Shown here piece after piece: positions 7,250-10,948 of a stretch of DNA of 10,948 nt. The notes under the pieces were generated by a model. The model did no database searches. It saw nothing but the letters and a program-made list of their open reading frames with translations, and was not told the DNA's origin. The stretch spans positions 1 to 10,948 of the forward strand of contig NW_021827169.1 of NCBI RefSeq assembly GCF_006345805.1, read 5' to 3'. Numbering within the stretch: the stretch's first letter is position 1; every line of letters begins with the position of its first letter. The position numbers were made by a program, and so were the translations under genes. This DNA is from Octopus sinensis (lineage: Eukaryota).

Positions 7250-7871
7250 ATTTCTTTACTACCCACAAGGGGCTAAACACAGAGGGGACAAACAAGGACA
7301 AACAAAGGGATTAAGTCGATTATATCGACCCCAGTGCGTAACTGGTACTTAATTTATCGACTCCGAAAAGATGAAAGGTAAAGTCGACCTCGGCGGAATT
7401 TGAACTCAGAACGTAACGACAGACGAAATACCTATTTCTTTATTACCCACAAGGGGCTAAACACAGATGGGACAAACAAGGACAGACATAGGTATTAAGT
7501 CGATAACATCGACCCCAGTGCGTAACTAGTACTTAATTTATCGACCCCGAAAAGATGAAAGGTAAAGTCGACCTTGGCGGAATTTGACCTCAGAATGTAA
7601 CGACAGACGAAATACCGCTAAGCATTTCGCCAGGCGTGCTAACGTTTCTTATTTCTTTATTGCCCACAAGAGGCTAAACACAGAGGGGACAAACAAGGAC
7701 AGACAAACGGATTAAGTCGATCCCAGTGCATAACTGGTACTTATTTAATCGACACCGAAAAGATAAAAAGCAAAGTCTACTTCGGCGGAATTTGAACTCA
7801 GAACGTAGCGGCAGGCGAAATACCGCTACACATTTCGCCAGGCGTGCTAACGTTTCTGCCAGCTCGCCGCC
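7250..7871 (-). mobile_element. Head-to-tail trimer of family A SINE inside a single TSD
   Basis: One full unit (7649-7871, starting GGCGGCGAGCTGGCAGAAACGTTAGC with B-box-like GAGTTCAAATTCC) followed by two 5'-truncated units (about 7429-7648 and 7245-7428). TSD at 7232-7249 and 7872-7889, 17/18 identical. Confidence 0.92.
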
Positions 7872-8139
7872 TTTGTGGAAGCTGTACCTTGAAGCTAACT
7901 AGTGTACACCTGTTTCACTTTTTCCTCAGACATGAGGCGCCACAGACTAGTCATCTTGAATAATTCAAATCATATTTAATCAAAACCAACGAATGAGGGA
8001 GTTTTCTATAGATCCTCTTTTATAGGTCCGCTTCTTACATGAAAACTACCAGCAAATCTTATATCCATTAATAAATAAATATTTCACTATTCATCTAAAT
8101 CGAAGTATCTCAAAACTTGTTGACTTATATAACGCAGCG

Positions 8140-8195
8140 CATACGCGCGCAAACACACACACGTACACACACTTAAAAACACACACACACATACA

Positions 8196-8226
<31 letters not shown>

Positions 8227-8242
8227 CATTCACACACACACA
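8140..8242. repeat. (CA)n microsatellite
   Basis: Visible directly in the sequence. Confidence 0.95.
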
Positions 8243-8459
8243 AACGAATATCTGCAAACTTCGGTATAGTTATATAGATATGTATATATATCGTATGCAT
8301 ATACATTTATAAACCAAGCTCAGTTTTAGTCGTTTTCTCATAAGTCATTAACACTGATTAGAAATTAATTAGATCTGTGCTAATTTCGAGTTATGATTGA
8401 TGATGTTTGACATTCAAGTATTTCTTGAACGGTTTTTCACAGACTTTTAACGAGACTAC

Positions 8460-8550
8460 ACTTACATACATACGTACGTACGTACATACGTATGTACGTA
8501 CGTACGTATGTACGTACATACGTATGTACTTACCTACCTACCTACCTACC

Positions 8551-8586
<36 letters not shown>

Positions 8587-8723
8587 TACATGCATACACA
8601 TACATTCATACATACATATATACACACATATATACAGACACACACATACATATATCTATACACACAGAAACACAGACACGCAGACACACTGACACACAAA
8701 CACACACACATGTATATATATAT

Positions 8724-8755
<32 letters not shown>

Positions 8756-8770
8756 CACACACACACACAC

Positions 8771-8806
<36 letters not shown>

Positions 8807-8942
8807 GGCATATATATTTATGTGTTTGGGTGTATGTATATACAAGTATGCATCTTTTTCTTTCTCTCTGTATAACATATATGTATATATATATGCGTTC
8901 GTATGTATATATATATATACACACACACATATATATATATAT

Positions 8943-8976
<34 letters not shown>

Positions 8977-8995
8977 ATAAATGTATATATATATA
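8460..8995. repeat. Compound (TACG)n/(TACC)n/(TACA)n/(CA)n/(TA)n microsatellite
   Basis: Visible directly in the sequence. Confidence 0.95.
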
Positions 8996-9060
8996 GTCTA
9001 GTAGGCTGTCAGAATACAGCTACAACTAAAGAATTTAACTTTAGATGATTGAAGATTAAA

Positions 9061-9138
9061 TCCCCCCTATTGTCTTCGAAGTGTAGGTAACTAGGTCACT
9101 CCCCCCTATTGTCTTCGAAGTGTAGGTAACTAGGTCAC
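9061..9138. repeat. Perfect 39-bp tandem duplication
   Basis: TCCCCCCTATTGTCTTCGAAGTGTAGGTAACTAGGTCAC at 9061-9099 and 9100-9138. Confidence 0.97.
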
Positions 9139-9470
9139 TACTCTTAATTACTCATCCCCCTACAATAACCTCTGCTAACCTCTAAATTCTAGTAGATTCG
9201 ACACTACATAGACTATTTTATAAGTTGATTCTGCCGAAGAAATAGCAGCAGGATCAGTTGGTTTGTCCTTTGAGTTTGAAGTCTATGCAGTCATCTGATG
9301 GAAACGGTTTCTTTGAAATGATGTAATGTTTTCATTAATCAATTAAAGGAGTTGCTTGAAACGGCCGTAATGAATTGACATCTTTGTTACTAATTTATAT
9401 CTTGAAGAATTGAACGAAAAGAACTCAAGTATTTATTTCTGAAAGCCTGATATTTATTTTATTTTATTTT

Positions 9471-9780
9471 TTTTTGCCGAACCGCTAAGTTACGGGACAT
9501 AAAGACACCAACAAGTGTTGTTAATAGATGATGGGGAACAAACACCGACACAAAGTCACACGCACACAATCAGTCCCTACATACACACATACACCCCACC
9601 ACAGATCCACACACACATCTACGGCGTGCTTCTTTCAGTTTCCGTCTAATGAATCCGTTCACAAGACCTTGGTCGGCCTCAGGCCATAGCAGAAAACACC
9701 GAAGGTTCCACGCAGCAGGACTGAACCCGGTACCACCTTGAAGTTAGAAAGCAAACTTCTTACACGCAACCACGCCCGCA
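9471..9780 (-). mobile_element. Diverged tRNA-derived SINE (family D) with an internal (TG)n-like tract
   Basis: The reverse complement has an A-box-like GCGTGGTTGCGTGTAAG and B-box-like GGGTTCAGTCC, a body ending GACGGAAACTGAAAGAAGC, a TG-rich tract, then ...GTAACTTAGCGGTTCGGCAAAA. Recalled as a common octopus SINE layout; not verified. Confidence 0.7.
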
Positions 9781-9834
9781 CATACATGCATGCGCACAGA
9801 AGAATATACATAACGAATATTTATACACCTGTAG

Positions 9835-9979
9835 TGACGTCATATTCCAGTGTGCGCACACGCAACGTCATTCTTCAGTGTGCGTGTGCGAAACGTCCTT
9901 CTTCAGTCCGCATATGCGGGGTTGGAACCTTCTAGAACCTTCTGGAAAGGCATAGGGAAGTTTCCTCATGCGCATGCGC
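9835..9979. promoter_or_regulatory. Candidate promoter/enhancer-like motif cluster (CRE plus NRF1-like sites on a 28-bp period)
   Basis: TGACGTCA at 9835-9842; three degenerate 28-bp units starting at 9837, 9865 and 9893; TGCGCATGCGC at 9969-9979; locally CpG-rich. Confidence 0.3.
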
Positions 9980-10639
9980 TAGAGACTGAAGGGGACATTC
10001 GTGGGCGTTTCCTTCTTAGCGTCGTGATGACCTGCATTGTTGCTGCTGAATTTGTTGTAAGAATCTTACAAATGCTAAAATTCAGCCTTGCTATATCGAA
10101 CCAAGTGGATACCAATATACCAACGTACTCCTTTTGTAAATAAGAAAATAAAGAGCTATGTATATGTTTTAAGGTTGCGTTTCTTGTTCCTGACTGGTAG
10201 TTTCTGGAATCTAAAGAAAGGAAATTGTGTTGCACCCAAGTTGCACCCCAAAAGTGTAAAGAAGCAACCAGTTCCCTTTACACACCCACAAACATCTCGC
10301 TAGCTAGATTGAATGATAGTTAGCTAACGAACTATAGATCCGTCTATGTTTAATGCACTTAAGAAACACACACAAACCGCCACAAACTCCTACACACAGA
10401 GACGCCATCATTCATCGATGTGTACACTCTGTTATATCTATTGTTGAATCATTCTCGGCCGCGGGATTTTATATCGAGACGTGAAACAGAAGCCATGTTT
10501 TGCATGCAGATTTTCTTGACTTCCGGCGAGATGTGTGTGCACTGACACTGCAGATTTCCTTTTATGCAGTTTTGTAAACGTGCATGAGATTAATGGACTG
10601 TTGCAATTTTCAGGTGCATGCTGGTAGAACTATCTGTTT

Positions 10640-10948
10640 CTGTGTATATATATGTATGTATGTTGGGGGTGAGTGGGTGGTGTGAATGTGTGTATGTGTG
10701 TGTGTGCAAGGATGGGAGTGTGCAAGGATGGGAGTGTATGTTGTATGTGTGAGTGTGTGTGTGTGCACGCGCCTGTGATATGTTGTATTTGTATGGGATA
10801 GTGTTTATGATTATATTGTGCACGTTGTGTGTGGTGTGGTACGCTGTGTGAGTGTGTGTCGTGTGTATACGTGATTGTGTTCAAATTATTCACGCACACA
10901 CACACACACAACACATATATAATATATATGTATATATATATATATATA
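10640..10948. repeat. Degenerate (TG)n, (CA)n and (TA)n microsatellites
   Basis: Visible directly in the sequence. Confidence 0.9.

Noticed and set aside
7245-7612. 184-bp tandem units as a retrozyme or CRISPR-like array
   Set aside because: No CTGANGA/GAAA core on either strand and no repeat-spacer structure; the units are SINE-derived.
7900-7935. Minus-strand CTGAGGA-AAAAGT-GAAA-CAGGTGT-A hammerhead-like string
   Set aside because: The core is present but stem I does not pair in the required register and stem II is only 1 bp.
9225-9378. Two hammerhead-like relics (TGATTCTGCCGAAGAAATAGCAGCAGGATCA; GAAACGGCCGTAATGAA with palindromic ACGGCCGT)
   Set aside because: The first lacks stem II and U16; the second lacks the CUGANGA strand. 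They may be fossils but are not supportable as ribozymes.
9850-10303. ORFs of 71-97 aa
   Set aside because: No recognisable domain, and they overlap a motif-rich non-coding stretch.
10229-10733. Small tandem duplications (11 bp at 10229-10250; 16 bp at 10702-10733)
   Set aside because: Ordinary slippage products with no wider pattern.

Overview
Non-coding, repeat-saturated eukaryotic DNA, most likely intronic or intergenic. The extreme (TA)n/(TG)n load and the tRNA-derived SINE families look like an octopus (cephalopod) genome; this is an inference from recall of such repeats, not a database result. No credible protein-coding gene was found: the supplied ORFs lie in microsatellites, SINEs or low-complexity sequence, or resemble no protein I recognise. 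The window holds about ten SINE copies or fragments from several modular families, a 438-bp non-autonomous TIR element with a 9-bp TSD and internal TTAGGG repeats, and many microsatellites. Most notable: (1) a type I hammerhead ribozyme fold at 3300-3350 inside a ~273-bp unit bounded by direct repeats; (2) a minimal, stem-III-less hammerhead variant at 3780-3817 of the kind associated with Penelope-like elements; (3) a three-unit SINE concatemer flanked by one 18-bp TSD; (4) two opposite-orientation SINE insertions primed at the same AATATT palindrome; (5) head/tail-swapped SINE chimeras. Family labels A, B, C, D and tail labels X, Y are local labels for this window.
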